From: Eledone cirrhosa
Lineage: Eukaryota
Length of the DNA: 64,000 nucleotides
NCBI GenBank assembly: GCA_964016885.1
Contig: OZ024741.1
Coordinates: forward strand, 188,418,001 to 188,482,000
Direction: 5' to 3'
The notes below the pieces were generated by a model. The model saw only the letters and a list, made by a program, of their open reading frames with translations. It did not search any database and was not told the DNA's origin. Position 1 is the stretch's first letter; the number at the start of each line of letters is the position of its first letter. The translations under genes were made by a program, and so were the position numbers. Below are positions 13,421 to 26,049 of this stretch, piece by piece.

Positions 13421-14121
13421 CAGTTCTTACGCATCCGATGTCCGGGCGGGCCTCGATCTGTTATGGCCCTCTCAAGGTTCCCAGGGTGTTGTTCCGCCGA
13501 CACTGTTGTCTCCCCTATGCCACTAGTTCCCTCTCGGCGTTGGACCACATCACTCTCCTTGTGTATATATATGTATATAAGGTTGTGCGTAGGTATGTGT
13601 GCGCGCGTATGTCTGTGTATATGTGTATATTTGCGTGGGTCGTGCGTGTCGGACTGGATGTATGGCGCGACTTAGACAGGCGCTAATAGGCTTGTGGCGG
13701 TCGGTATCTAGAAGTGGGTGTGCCTGGGCCTGTGGAAGAGAGGGAGAGTGTGTGCGTGTATATATATGTGTGGGGGTGTGTGTGTCTACGCATATATGCG
13801 TACATATGTGTATGCACGCATGTGTCTGCTGTGTCTGCCTGTGTGTGTATATCTGTGTGTATATCTGTGTGTATATGTATGTGTGGGTACATACTCTGGA
13901 GTGTGAACAGACGTGTGAGATACCGAACCCAGCATGACTCCATTGAAGTGTGTCAGGCGGAAAATGGCTGATGACCTGTGTAGCATTAAATAGTGACCAG
14001 AACTTAAGATGACGTGGAGCAACAACAGCCAATGGCATGACAAGAGTGGACGAGGTTTTTTGAAGGTGTTTTTTTTTATGATAACACCCCAATGATAAAA
14101 TTTGCTCTGAACGAACTATCT

Positions 14122-14210
14122 GTGTCTGAAGGAACCTGCAGCCGTAGAATCAGCCAGATCCATACAGGGACCATGTCTCGAGCTACCTGCCGGCAAAACA
14201 ATTGTAACAC
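14122..14210 (+). ncRNA. Decayed long-helix-II hammerhead
   Basis: gugu-CUGAAGG...AAAA-CAAUUG-UA-acac. Helix I and III intact, two core substitutions. Confidence 0.5.
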
Positions 14211-14459
14211 GCAATAAATTGAGTCCAGATGCATCATTGATTTTTGTTTTTTTTATACTATCCACACTCTGCTCTGTTGAATATTGAGTGCTAATTTTGG
14301 CATACCGCCTATGGAAGCACCATAGCTACCATTTTACACAAGTATATATCATCATCATCATCATCATCATCATCGTTTAACGTCCATCTTCCACGCTTGC
14401 ATGGGTTTGGACGTAGTCTGGGACGCTGAAACGAGTGACCCAGTTTGTAACAAAGGTGC

Positions 14460-16520
14460 GAGTAGTTTCTTGTATTTCTGTGCTGCAGGGATGTATGGCC
14501 TCAGGCCGAATGAAGTGGTCCATCATGGTCAGCAGTTATGAGCAACCCAGTGAAGGTGGTAGGGGCTAATGAGGTCAATGTTAACATGGCTGAATCTGAC
14601 CAATGGAGGGAAATAGCTACTGAGAGGTGCTTTGCTATGCTGATGTACTTTGGTTTGTTGGCAAGGGATACAGGTTTTGGTCCACTCTCTAATTTGCTTA
14701 GCCATACCATGCCAGACAAATTTTCATGACATCAGGAGATGTATGCCTCTGGTACCAGGATGGGAAGGTCCATGAATGATGTTAAAACCTTTACAGCATC
14801 AGGCTGATGGAGCAATTCATCATGGTTTCCTAGTGGATACATTGCAAAGGAGGGTTGTTCCATTGGAGCTAAAATGTATATCCTGCAAGGGAAGGGAAGT
14901 GATAGTAGTGTGGTATACCCTGACGTCATCATCTGTTTATTGAGCTATGGTCATAGCTTCATAGTCGAAACCTTCCATTATCAAGGCTATGTTAGTGTCA
15001 GAGTCAATAGGGGCTCTAGAGTGTGCATCAGTAACTGGGTTGCTTTTTTCATATATGTGCTGAATGTCAGTAGTGTATTAAGAAACAGCTGATAACTGTC
15101 ACTGCTGATGTGCAGAGTATGGCTCTGATAGCTCATTCAAAGCGAAGGTGAATGGTTTGGGGTCTATGAAAATCATGAAAGGTCAACCTTCCAGAAAATA
15201 GCAAAAGTGTCGAAAACCTAAATGAAAAGCTATCATTTCCCTGTCAAAAGCACTATATTTCTGTTCAGGTCACAGAAGTTGTAGACTGTAGAAAGCTAGA
15301 AGTTTCCACTGATCATAGATGTATTGTTACAAAACACCTCCAATGGCTGTATCAGAGGCATCTAGTGGGAGTGAAGTTAATGCTGACATATGAGGATGGG
15401 AAAGTATGGTTGCTTTAGCAAGAGCTTCTTTTGTGAATTTGAAGGCTGAAGTCATTGCACTGACAAACTCCATGTTTTTTTAAGTTTTTCCTAATGGTGC
15501 TTTGTACAGTGGTCTCATCAATTCTGCTGCAGAAGAGACAAAACAATGATAAAAGTTTACCATTCCTTCACTTGTGGTGGGGTTGAGGGGTGGAAAGGAG
15601 GAAAAGAAAGATTTTACTTTTTCAGGTAGTGGTGTAGTACCAGTATCTGTGATTTGATGTCAAAGAAAATCGATTTCTTTAACACCAAAGACACACTAGG
15701 CAGGGTTAACTACCAAACGGTATTGTTCAAGCATATCAAAAAGAGCTAATAGGTGCTACTTGTGGAGTTTCACATTTTGACTTGCAATATGGATGTCATC
15801 CAGGTATACAAAAACAAAGTCTAGATCCATGCAGACAGTGTCCATCAAGTGTTGAAAGGACTGTGCTGCATTTTTTAGTCCAAAAGGTGTACACAGAAAT
15901 TCATACAGTCCAAAAGGAGTGATAACAGCAGTCTTAGGAATATCATGATCTTGTATTTGATGATAACCTTGGATGAGGTCAATTTTTTAGTTGAGAAGTC
16001 TTGTATATGCAAAATGGAGTAGCAGTTGGGTGTAACGCTTTTGTGAAATTGACGATAATCCCTACAGAGCTGCCACCCTTTTTTGGGTTTTGGTGCCACA
16101 TGTAGAGGTGAGGACCAGAGGATGTTTGATCGATGAATAATGCCCAAAGCTTCCATATTGTCAAACTTGGCCTTTGCAATAGCAAATTTGTCCAGTGGTC
16201 AATGACATATGCAGCTGGTGGGTGGAATGTGATGTTTTACTCCATGGTGAATTGTGGGTTGGGAGAATGTCAGGTTTATTAAGATTGCAGAGGTCTGAGA
16301 ACTCATTCTTGATCTGAGAGACAGCTGCTATGTGAGGAGCTACATGTGCAGATGTTGCTAGAAGAACAGAAGCATATGTGTTGCTGTTGATGAGTCTCCT
16401 CCCCTGAAGATCGACCAGCAGTGTGTGGGCCCAATGATAGGCTGATGGACATCATCAGCAATGGTGTATGTCCATGTATATTCTTGTGAGCCTATGTGGA
16501 GGAAGAGAATGCAGTGTCCA
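14460..16520 (-). mobile_element. Ty3/Gypsy pol relic (protease end, RT, RNase H, integrase traces)
   Basis: Minus: WSSPLHVAPKPKKGWQLCRDYR, KTAVITPFGLYEF..PFGLKNAAQSFQHLMD, VYLDDI, DASDTAIGGVL. Many disruptions, no LTRs seen. Confidence 0.88.
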
Positions 16521-16569
16521 ACTCTTGCTAGCAGGGAAAGCAGATGTTAAAATGCTGATGATGATTATA

Positions 16570-16800
16570 TATATAATTGAATATAAAAGAGAGATAAACA
16601 CTGATATATAAATATGTGTTCAAATCGTAAGGGACCAGATTCACTTGGCTGAAAAAATTACCACTTATAGTTAGTATTTTTATATATCTGTGTTTATCTC
16701 TCTTTTATATTCAATTATATTACACGGCCCAGACATTTTTTTTCCTTGAGCTATTTAATTGTAAAAGACTGTTTTGAGTTTCTAACTCAATATATACCTT
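16570..16800. mobile_element. Short fold-back cassette, probable PLE 3' end
   Basis: ~40-bp arms at 16572-16611 and 16681-16720, then an ~80-nt unpaired tail. Related to 31642-31879 plus 33229-33345. Confidence 0.6.
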
Positions 16801-16804
16801 TGAT

Positions 16805-19288
16805 ATCATCATCATCATCATCTTCGTTTAATGTCCATTTTCCACGCTAGCATGGGTTAGACGGGAGTTGTCGAACTTGATGCAAGGTTGGTCGGGTGAC
16901 CGTGTCTTGCTCATATAGGACTATCTGGCAGGTTTTCTACGGCTGGATGCCCTTCCTAACACCAACCACATTTACAGTGTGGAACTGGGAACTTTTTACC
17001 GCGTTACCTACACGGCCACATTACAGCGTGGACTGTGTTTTTTCTTGTGACACCTGCACAATCTCGATCTCGATCTCATTATCTCATTTATTTGGACTGG
17101 ATGTTGTGGTACCAACTTTATAGAGAGGGCATGGTGTTGGTGCGAGTGGGAGGATAGGGTAGGAGTAGTGGATTGGGGTGTATATTTGGTTAAGAGGTGC
17201 CTAATGACTGTTGGTTTTGCTTTGTACATAGGCAAGGCGGGTCTTCAGTATTACTGCGTAGCGCCAAAGATCTCGGTCCAGTGACATTGTCTTAGAGAGG
17301 TGCAAGTGTGTAAGGTCGGAATTTATCAGATCGTCCCAGGTTTTTCTGGGTCTACCATCAATTTTGATCGCCCTACACTTTTTTATACAGCTGTCATCTT
17401 TCATGCGCATCACGTGGCCATACCAATGTAGTCTTCTCTCGAGTAAACAGCATCTGATCCCTCTTATTCCTAATTTCTCACTTAGTTCATTTATGCTTTG
17501 CCGTTCACGTATAATACTATTACACATCCAACGGAGCATGCATGCTTCGTTCCTTTCCAGTCTACGCAGGTCCTCTGCATGCAATGCCCATATCTCACTG
17601 CCATGTAGCATTGCTGTTCGTATACAAGCATCATACAATCTGCCTTTCATTTTTAGAGAGAAACCTTTTGTGACCAACAGCAGTATAAGCTCTCTGAACT
17701 TTTTCCATCCCGTTCTGACTCTGGCTACTGTACTTTCAGAACACCCTCCACCACTGCTGATTTTGTCACCCAGGTAATGGAAAGTGTCTACTATTTCTAT
17801 AGAACAATCTGGGCAATAGAAGGGGCTAGTATCCTGTGGACACTTGCTACCTATTGCACCTGAGCATCGGCCACATATAAAGCCTACGTTCTTAGATAGT
17901 TTACCTGTGATCCCACTACATCTTTTATGTACCCATACTTTGCATTTGGGACATAAAATTGAATTTTTGCCTACTCCTTTCCTACACACTGAGCAAGGCC
18001 ATTTCCCTGAGGGTACATGTGCCTTATTTTCCTTTCTACAAACTAGGACTTTAGTCTTAGACAAGTTAACTTTAAAGCCTTTTGATTCTAGGCTATGCTT
18101 CCATGTTTGGAATTTCTTTTCTAGTTCAGCCATTGATTCAGCTATGAGCATTAGATCATCTGCGTATAGGAGTTCCCATGGGCAGCCGGTCTTGAACTCC
18201 TCTGTTATAGCCTGATGGGCAATAATAAATAGGAGGGGGCTAAGGACAGAGCCTTGGTGAACACCAACTTTTACACTAAATTCTTCACAATATTCATTGT
18301 TAATTCTAACCTTACTGACTGTTTCATTATACATAGCTTGTATAGCTCTCACAAGCCATTTATCTACACCTAGTTTTCTAAGAGCCCACCAGATAATGGA
18401 GCGGGGGACTTTGTCAAAGGCTTTTTCCAGGTCTACAAAAGCTAAGTAGAGGGGTTTACTTTTAGCTAGGTACTTCTCTTGTAGTTGTCGTACAAGGAAA
18501 AGAGCGTCTGTGGTACTTTTACCTGACACAAACCCAAACTGCATTTCATCTAGATCAATTCGCTCTCTGATTAGTTGCGCTATAACTCTTTCTGTGACCT
18601 TCATGACCTGGTCAACTAACTTAATGCCTCTATAGTTTCCTCTATCTAGAGCATCTCCTTTACCCTTGTAGCAGTTAATGATGATGTTGCTACGCCAGTC
18701 TTTTGGTATGACCCCATTCTGTATTACTTGGTTAACTATACGGGTGACCATAGTATGTCCCACCATTCCAGATGCCTTCAACATCTCAGCAACTATGTCT
18801 GAAGGCTCAGCTGCCTTGCCTGTCTTCATATCTTTGATTGCCTTACTTATTATACTACCTTTAACTTGCACCGCTGGTCCTTCTATTGGATTGATTTGGG
18901 GCAGACTATCTTTTTCCCACTTATTCTCCTCATTTAATAGTCTCTCGTAGTGACACTTCCAGGCTATCTTCTTATCAGCATCAGTGAGGGCAAGTACACT
19001 GTTATCATTACGGACACACTTCTCCCCGACAATATCACGGTTTTCCTTGACACATTGTCTAGCAATCCTGAACACCTCGCGTTTTTGGTCCTCACGTTGT
19101 AGAACATGCTTGAACTTTCTATCCCCTGCTTCCCTTTTTGCAAGGTACACTTGTCTCCTAGCTTTTCTCCTGGCCACTTGATAGTGCTCTCTACTTACCC
19201 CATCCTGCCATACTTTTCAAGCCTGCTTTTTGGCCTTGATTGTCTCTTCTACCTTACTGTTCTACCACCAAGTTACTCGCCTCCTGCC
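16805..19288 (-). mobile_element. 5'-truncated RTE LINE, subfamily C
   Basis: (CAT)n tail at ~16805, ~380-bp 3' UTR, long ORF. 5' end abuts (TA)n. Confidence 0.95.
17201..19177 (-). CDS. RTE ORF remnant: complete RT, PHD finger and C-terminal domain (658 aa, APE missing)
   Basis: FVDLEKAFD, GVHQGSVLSP, YADD, C4HC3 finger, FHYLG, WYGH..GRPRKTW. Confidence 0.9.
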   Translation of the reverse strand: MARRKARRQVYLAKREAGDRKFKHVLQREDQKREVFRIARQCVKENRDIVGEKCVRNDNSVLALTDADKKIAWKCHYERLLNEENKWEKDSLPQINPIEGPAVQVKGSIISKAIKDMKTGKAAEPSDIVAEMLKASGMVGHTMVTRIVNQVIQNGVIPKDWRSNIIINCYKGKGDALDRGNYRGIKLVDQVMKVTERVIAQLIRERIDLDEMQFGFVSGKSTTDALFLVRQLQEKYLAKSKPLYLAFVDLEKAFDKVPRSIIWWALRKLGVDKWLVRAIQAMYNETVSKVRINNEYCEEFSVKVGVHQGSVLSPLLFIIAHQAITEEFKTGCPWELLYADDLMLIAESMAELEKKFQTWKHSLESKGFKVNLSKTKVLVCRKENKAHVPSGKWPCSVCRKGVGKNSILCPKCKVWVHKRCSGITGKLSKNVGFICGRCSGAIGSKCPQDTSPFYCPDCSIEIVDTFHYLGDKISSGGGCSESTVARVRTGWKKFRELILLLVTKGFSLKMKGRLYDACIRTAMLHGSEIWALHAEDLRRLERNEACMLRWMCNSIIRERQSINELSEKLGIRGIRCCLLERRLHWYGHVMRMKDDSCIKKCRAIKIDGRPRKTWDDLINSDLTHLHLSKTMSLDRDLWRYAVILKTRLAYVQSKTNSH

Positions 19289-19616
19289 ATATATATATAT
19301 ATATATTCCTTGCTCACATTTCAACCAGGTTTGATGGTCTTTATTCTCTCGTTCACGATTCCACCGAATTTATATTCATAGAAATCTGGGACTTGTTTCC
19401 TTCTTCCTCTCTTTCTGCTGCTTAAACCATTTTGTTTGTTTACCCTAGCGTCCCCTTTATTTACGTGTCCCAACGACTTTTTTTTAGCCTTGCTCGCACC
19501 AACCTGAGGTATATGGCCTTTAATGCGACGAAATGCCTACGACGGTTGGAAGGCCACTGATGAGGACAAACTTTTTCATATGTAACCCATTTGCAGCGCC
19601 GCAGCTCCATTATTAT

Positions 19617-19692
<76 letters not shown>

Positions 19693-19700
<8 letters not shown>

Positions 19701-20140
19701 TAACAGATTAAAGTTTAAGCAAAGAATCGCTGCTTTCACCCTTAACGGGATCTTCTGAAACTCAGAAGATCCTGTTAAGGGTGAAAGCAGCGATTCTTTG
19801 CTTAAACTTTAATCTGTTATTTTAATAAATATTTGCTCTACGGTTCTTATATATTTGATATATATTTATCCTTATCGAGCCCTCTTTGGATTTTAGTCTT
19901 CAAATTTATTATTATTACTATATATATATATATAATATATATATATAGTAATAATAGTAATAATAATAAAATTGAAGACTAAAATCCAAAGTATCGTCTT
20001 CCTGTCTTCCTCCGGTTGCAACGTTTTTTGAAATATCCAGTTCTGCGTTTACAGATTGACTTTGTTAGTTTCAGAAGATCCCGTTAAGGGTGAAAGCAGC
20101 GATTCTTTGCTTAAACTTTAATCTGTTATTTTAATAAATA
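19693..20140. mobile_element. Compound fold-back cassette (PLE-end-like)
   Basis: Near-perfect palindrome 19693-19826. Second inverted pair 19885-19920/19954-19991. Third copy of the arm at 20065-20140. Confidence 0.7.
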
Positions 20141-20150
20141 TATATATATA

Positions 20151-21601
20151 TCATCATCATCATCATCATCAACGTTTAACATCCGTGTTCCACGCTTGCA
20201 TGGGTTTGGACGGGGGTTTTCCCACTTGAGGCAAGAGTGATTGTCTTGCTCGCATAGGACTGTCTGGCAGGTTTTCTACAGTTGGATGCCCTTCCTAACA
20301 CCAACCATATTTACAGTGTGGGTCTGGGAGGTTTTTACCGTGTTGCCTACACGGCCACATTACAGCGTGGACTGTGTGTTTTTTTGTCGTGACACCTACA
20401 CGATCTCATTTGTTTCAGCCTGGATGGTGTGGCACCAACACAACTTTACATAGAAGGGGGCAGTGTGGATGGGGTTGGGGTGGTGGGACGGTGGTGTATT
20501 TTGTTAGAGATGCCTACTGACTGTAGTAGGTTTTACTTTGTATTTAGGTAAGGCGGGTCTTCTCTATTACTGAGTACCGCCAAAGGTCTCGGTCCAGTGA
20601 CATTGTCTTGGTGAGGTGTAAGTGTGTGAGGTCGGAGTTTATCAGCTCGTCCCAGGTTTTTCTGGGTCTGCCTATTCCGTGGCTACCGTCTATCTTTATT
20701 GCCCTGCACTTTGTTATACAGCTATCGTCCTTCATGCGCATCACGTGACCATACCAACGTAGCCTTCTCTCTAGTAAACAACATCTGATCCCTCTTATTT
20801 CTAATTTTTTCCTTAGTTCGTTTATGCTTTGTCGTTCACGTATATTACTATTACACATCCAGCGGAGCATGCAAGCTTCGTTTCTCTCTAGTCTGCGTAT
20901 ATCCTCTGCACACAATGCCCAGGTCTCACTGCCATGCAACATTGCTGTTCGTATGCAGGCATCGTACAGCCTGCCTTTCATTTTTAGGGAGAACCCTTTA
21001 GCGGCTAATAGTGGTATAAGCTCTCTGAACTTTTTCCACCCAGTTCTGACTCTAGCTACTGTACTTTCAGAGCACCCTCCCCCACTGCTGATTTTGTCAC
21101 CCAGGTAACGGAAGCTGTCCACTATTTCTATAGAACCCTCTGCGCAGTTGAAAGGGCTAGTATTTTGTGGGCACTTGCTGCTACTTATTGCCCCAGAACA
21201 CCGGCCACATGTAAAGTCTATGTTCTTAGTTAGCTTACCTGTGTTCCCACTACATCTTTTATGCACCCAAACTTTGCATTTGGGACACAAAATGGAATTT
21301 CTACCTACGCCTTTCCTACACTCTGCGCATGGCCACTTCCCGGAGGGGACCGCCGCCTTATTTTCTTTCTTACAAACTAGAACTTTAGTCTTAGCCAGGT
21401 TAATTTTAAGGCCTTTTGATTCTAGGCTGTGCTTCCATGTTTGGAATTTCTTCTCTAGCTCGGCCATTGATTCAGCTATGAGCGTTAGATCATCTGCGTA
21501 TAGGAGTTCCCATGGGCAGCCGGTCTTGAACTCCACTGTTATAGCCTGGAGGGCAATAATAAATAGTAGGGGGCTAAGAACAGAGCCCTGATGAACACCA
21601 A
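20151..21601 (-). mobile_element. 5'-truncated RTE LINE, subfamily C
   Basis: Intact 330-aa ORF 20544-21536 (YADD, PHD, C-terminus). (CAT)n tail. Both ends in TA. Confidence 0.95.
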
Positions 21602-21904
21602 TATATATATATATTTATATGATGATGATGATGATATATATATATATCATCATCATCACTGTTTAGCACTTATTTTCCATGCTTGTACATGGTTTAACAT
21701 GCAAGTGACTGAACACTTTACAGTAATTCTCAGGAAATTTCAGCATGCGACAAAGCTGACCCTTTGAATTACAGGAGCAACTCCCTTTTGCCAGCTAAAT
21801 AAACTGGCAGCATGAAATAAAGTGTCTTCCTCAAGGATACTATGCAAAACAAGGAATCATACATGCTTATGATTGCAAGACAAAAACCCTAACCATGCAC
21901 TTTT

Positions 21905-21950
<46 letters not shown>

Positions 21951-22078
21951 GAAAGTGCAGCGCCAAGGGACCCCATCTAGGGACCTGCTAATCTGACAAT
22001 TATTTACGGACATGTAACCCTCTTATTTTATTTTTATTTCTACTTTATACATATTAATATTTTCATTATCTAATTTCA

Positions 22079-22203
22079 AGTTCTGAGGAGCTGCTCCATA
22101 ATATTATTTTATGTTAATTATCTTTCTCTGCACCAAATCAATAACGATATTACCATCGATTGATCCAGAAACATTGTATGGAATAGTGAAACAATTGTAA
22201 ACT
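22079..22203 (+). ncRNA. Type I hammerhead with long helix II, in a PLE-like 3' end (21948-22310)
   Basis: aguu-CUGAGGA-gcugcuccaua...uauggaauagu-GAAA-CAAUUG-UA-aacu. 10 of 11 bp at the helix II base. Confidence 0.8.
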
Positions 22204-22305
22204 GACATTTTATCCTCTTTTTTATATTAAACTGCACTTAATGCTGATACTCTTCGACTAATGTCTTCTATGTGAGCTTGTAGTCTTGATTTGCTTAACT
22301 ATTGA

Positions 22306-22806
<501 letters not shown>

Positions 22807-22819
22807 GAAAAATGAAATG

Positions 22820-22862
<43 letters not shown>

Positions 22863-22924
22863 ATATCTATACACATATATGCATACATACACACATATCT
22901 TCTTCTCCTCCAATGACTCACATA

Positions 22925-23760
22925 AATAGCAGCATCATGAACTGCTACAAAAGCAAAGGAGTTGCTTTAAAAAGACGTATCTTGGAAGTATAAATGATGT
23001 ACCATTTATCTATTTAGTTAATTGATTTAAACGTCCATATAGAGCTGGTAAACCATGTCAGACTAAGAGAGGTATCTAATACACCCTATAATTAAGAAGC
23101 ACAAACAAGAGAGAAATAAAGAAAACAAAAAAAAGGAGGTAAATGAAGCAAAAATAAGAAAAAGGGTGTAAAACAACAAGTTATGATAGTATGATAGAGT
23201 TATAGCAAAGCTAATCAGAAAGAGAAGTGGGTTAGATTGAATGCAGCTTTTGTTTTTGTGCAAGGACATGGTATCATTGGTGCTCTCTTTTTAGTGAGAC
23301 AACCAACTACAATGACATTTTTTCGCTAAGAAGATACCACTTGGAGAAAATGTTTGATAGGGCACCATATTCTATAGTCAGATGATCACAAAGAAACCTC
23401 TGAGACAGAGGTGCTGTCAGGGTAGTGTCCATTATGGTTCTACTCTTTCCACTTTCTTATATTTTTCCTGGCCATCGATCTCATTAGAATTAAAATCTTT
23501 CAATAGCTCAGGAGATTTTCTAGATATATATTATCACAATAAACCAATAAATAGAGTAGGTGAGTGTTGCAAAAACATAGTAGCTATAGTAAGGATGGGA
23601 TGGAAAAAGTTCAAGGAGCTGTTACCTCTGCTGGTAACAAAAAGCTTTTTCTTCAAGTAAAGGGCAAACTGAATGAAACTTGCATATAAAGTGTGATATT
23701 GCATGCTAGTGACGCATAGGCACTGAAAATGGAGGTTATAAAATGGCTGGGCTGTGTATA
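22925..23760 (+). mobile_element. Highly decayed, interrupted RTE fragments
   Basis: SSIMNCYKSKG and VRMGWKKFKELLPLLVTK segments match the RTE ORF. Confidence 0.7.
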
Positions 23761-23824
23761 AAGTTGTGAGCTCTGGTATGCTTCGTATATTTTTGTTCAT
23801 ATTTTTTTATCACCCCTCGTTTTT

Positions 23825-24535
23825 TAATTATTATTGGTACTATTTGCACTTCCAAATACCACATCCCACTGACTTCAATGTCAAGATCATGATATTAGGA
23901 GAGTTTCAACATTTCCCTCAGGACAATGCTTTGTTTAGAAGAGATAGAGATGTTATCAGAGTATAGACATGGTTATTCCAGTTCTTGATTATTAAATCTT
24001 TTGATACCAAACCACCTGAAACTGCCTCTGGTTATATGATAAAACTGCCAATTTTAAAGTACTCATATCTAAATTGAAACCTTTCATCATCATTGTATGT
24101 AAGGACTTTGTTGTTTAGGTTCTAAACATCAACTTAATGAAAAAGTTATTTTACTAAATTCTTCCAATTTTTTTAATTATTTTAAAAATTATTTGAAACA
24201 CATTCAATATATTTTGTGAGAATGTAGTATCCAAAAGCTTAATTACATCAGTGCTTTGCCATGGTTCCTTGTCAGTCTGGACAGTTATGTATCAGATGTT
24301 TGTGGCCAGATCATTATCAAGTACCATGTTTGGTTCATGTTCATTCTACTTATCTCTTATCACAACAAACTGTTGGCAGGTTACTCAGTGGATATAAGCA
24401 GCTATCTTAAACAGCTAGAAATGATGTGGTCAGTCAACTGTCCCCTTGTTGCATTGTCTGCACTTGATGTTAGCCTCTGTATTCATTATTTCATTTTTGT
24501 ATTTATTTGTGGCTAGTTATTGATCCGATGGAGTT
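23825..24535 (-). mobile_element. R4/Dong-type non-LTR relic (CCHC knuckle plus REL endonuclease), split by a ~250-bp TTAA-flanked insert at ~23992-24242
   Basis: Minus: LATNKYK..KCRQC..DHIISSC..AYIH..EHEP..VQTDK and KLS*YHDLDIEVSGMWYLEVQIVPIII. Confidence 0.7.
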
Positions 24536-24578
24536 AAAATCAGACATTCTGATTCTGCTTTTAGGCCATGACTTTTAA

Positions 24579-24786
24579 CCTTTTAGTATTTACATTTCTC
24601 TATATTTGCTATTATATTTTCATGGTAAAGACTTTATCTCACATAATATCGGATCTATGAGATTTCGATATTATTTATGTTGAAAACAATACCCTAATAT
24701 CAATATGAGCAACTGGTTACAGTTGGTTTGAAGAGAAAGAGATGAGAAAATTCTGGCCAGATATGAACGGTTTAAATGCTAAAGGA
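24579..24786 (-). mobile_element. piggyBac-like MITE
   Basis: TTAA on both sides, imperfect cc(c/t)tttag(c/t)attta TIRs. Reverse copy of 61332-61544. Confidence 0.75.
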
Positions 24787-24934
24787 TTAAGCTATTATTG
24801 GCTTTTATTCTGGTTTACTTCTTCTCTGCTGATTCTTGCAAGTTATTAGCCATGGAGTGGCATTTCATTTTTTTTTTTTTTTTTTTTGCCAGTATATTTT
24901 GAAATTCCATTCCGATTTTATCTTTGTTATAATC

Positions 24935-25585
24935 ATTAGAACATCAAACAAAATGCCTTGTGATATATGTTCTATCACTTTACATTCTGAATTCAAATCC
25001 TGCTGAGGTTAACTATGCTCCACGTTATTCTGGTTGAAAAAATAAAGTACTAGTCAAGTATTGCTGTTGATTTAATCGACTGTTCCCCTTTTCAAAGTTG
25101 CTGGCTTTATACCTAAATTAGACATCATAATTATTGTTGTTGTGGATTGGATGGTGGATTGGCAGTATCGGTAGAGATTCGGACACCATGCTTTGAAGCA
25201 TAGAGTTACGTCCCTTTATGATCTGAGTTCAAATCCCGCCGAGGTTAACTTTGCCTTTCATCCTTACGGGGGACGATAAAATAAAGTACCAGTAATGTAC
25301 TGGGTAATTGCTGGCCTTGTGCCTAAAGTAGAAACAATTATTATTGTTGTTGTGAGGGTGATGGATTGGCAGAATCGGTAGAGCGTTGGACAACATGCTT
25401 AGAGTTACAGTCCTTTACATTCTGAGTTCAAATCCCGCCAAGGTTAACTTTGCCTTTTATCCCTACGAGGTTGATAAAATAAAGTACCAGTAATGCACCG
25501 AGGTCGATTTAACCAACTTTCCTCTCCCCCAAAATTGCTGGCCTTGTGCCTAAATTAGAATTCATTAGTATTGTTGTTGTTATTA
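24935..25585 (+). mobile_element. Three head-to-tail Meta-domain-like tRNA SINEs
   Basis: ~200-bp units with B box gttcaaatccc, gcctttcatccttacggggtcgataaaataaagtaccag-like core and (TTA/TTG)n tails. Confidence 0.8.
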
Positions 25586-26049
25586 TATTACCTACCCCTT
25601 CTCTCTTTTATCTATTAAATATATTTCCCCATTTTCACTTGCAGCACTGACCTTGTTATGCATACATTTATAAAGGCATGCATCTACACATGGCATGCAT
25701 CTACACATGCATATAATCTGTACATGCATGTATGCATACATTCTTTCCTGTTTCACTCATATTCTTTCAGTTAACAATCCAATGAATTTTGTCTTCCTCT
25801 CCCCACCACATCCATCATTGCCATCACCCCCACCCCATCCCTTCTGCTCTCAAATTGGAATATTTCTTCTTTTCCATTCCATCATTCTCTCATTCCTATA
25901 TTCCCCCTGAGTATTCCCCACCACCACCCTGCCAAAAAAAAACCCACAACAATAAAAAATATCAACAATCTGTCATATATCTCTAAATGTATGTATTTAT
26001 ACACACACACACACACATATATATATATGTATATATATATGTATATATA

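Larger units (their letters stand above)
11648..14345. mobile_element. Rearranged PLE: inverted EN plus 3' UTR segment joined to a plus-strand 3' terminus
   Basis: GIY-YIG on minus at ~12930-13420. GT-rich UTR on minus at 11648-12900 and on plus at 13560-14345, the latter with a hammerhead-like motif. Flanked by TA. Confidence 0.6.

Noticed and set aside
14460-16520. Intact Gypsy provirus or domesticated gene
   Set aside because: Many stops and frameshifts, no LTRs or gag visible, ends bounded by RTE tail stubs.
17364-19181. Recurrent antisense ORFs over RTE copies (also 1030-1929, 41276, 53856-55978, 58146-58715)
   Set aside because: Shadows of the sense ORF. They recur only because the copies are homologous.
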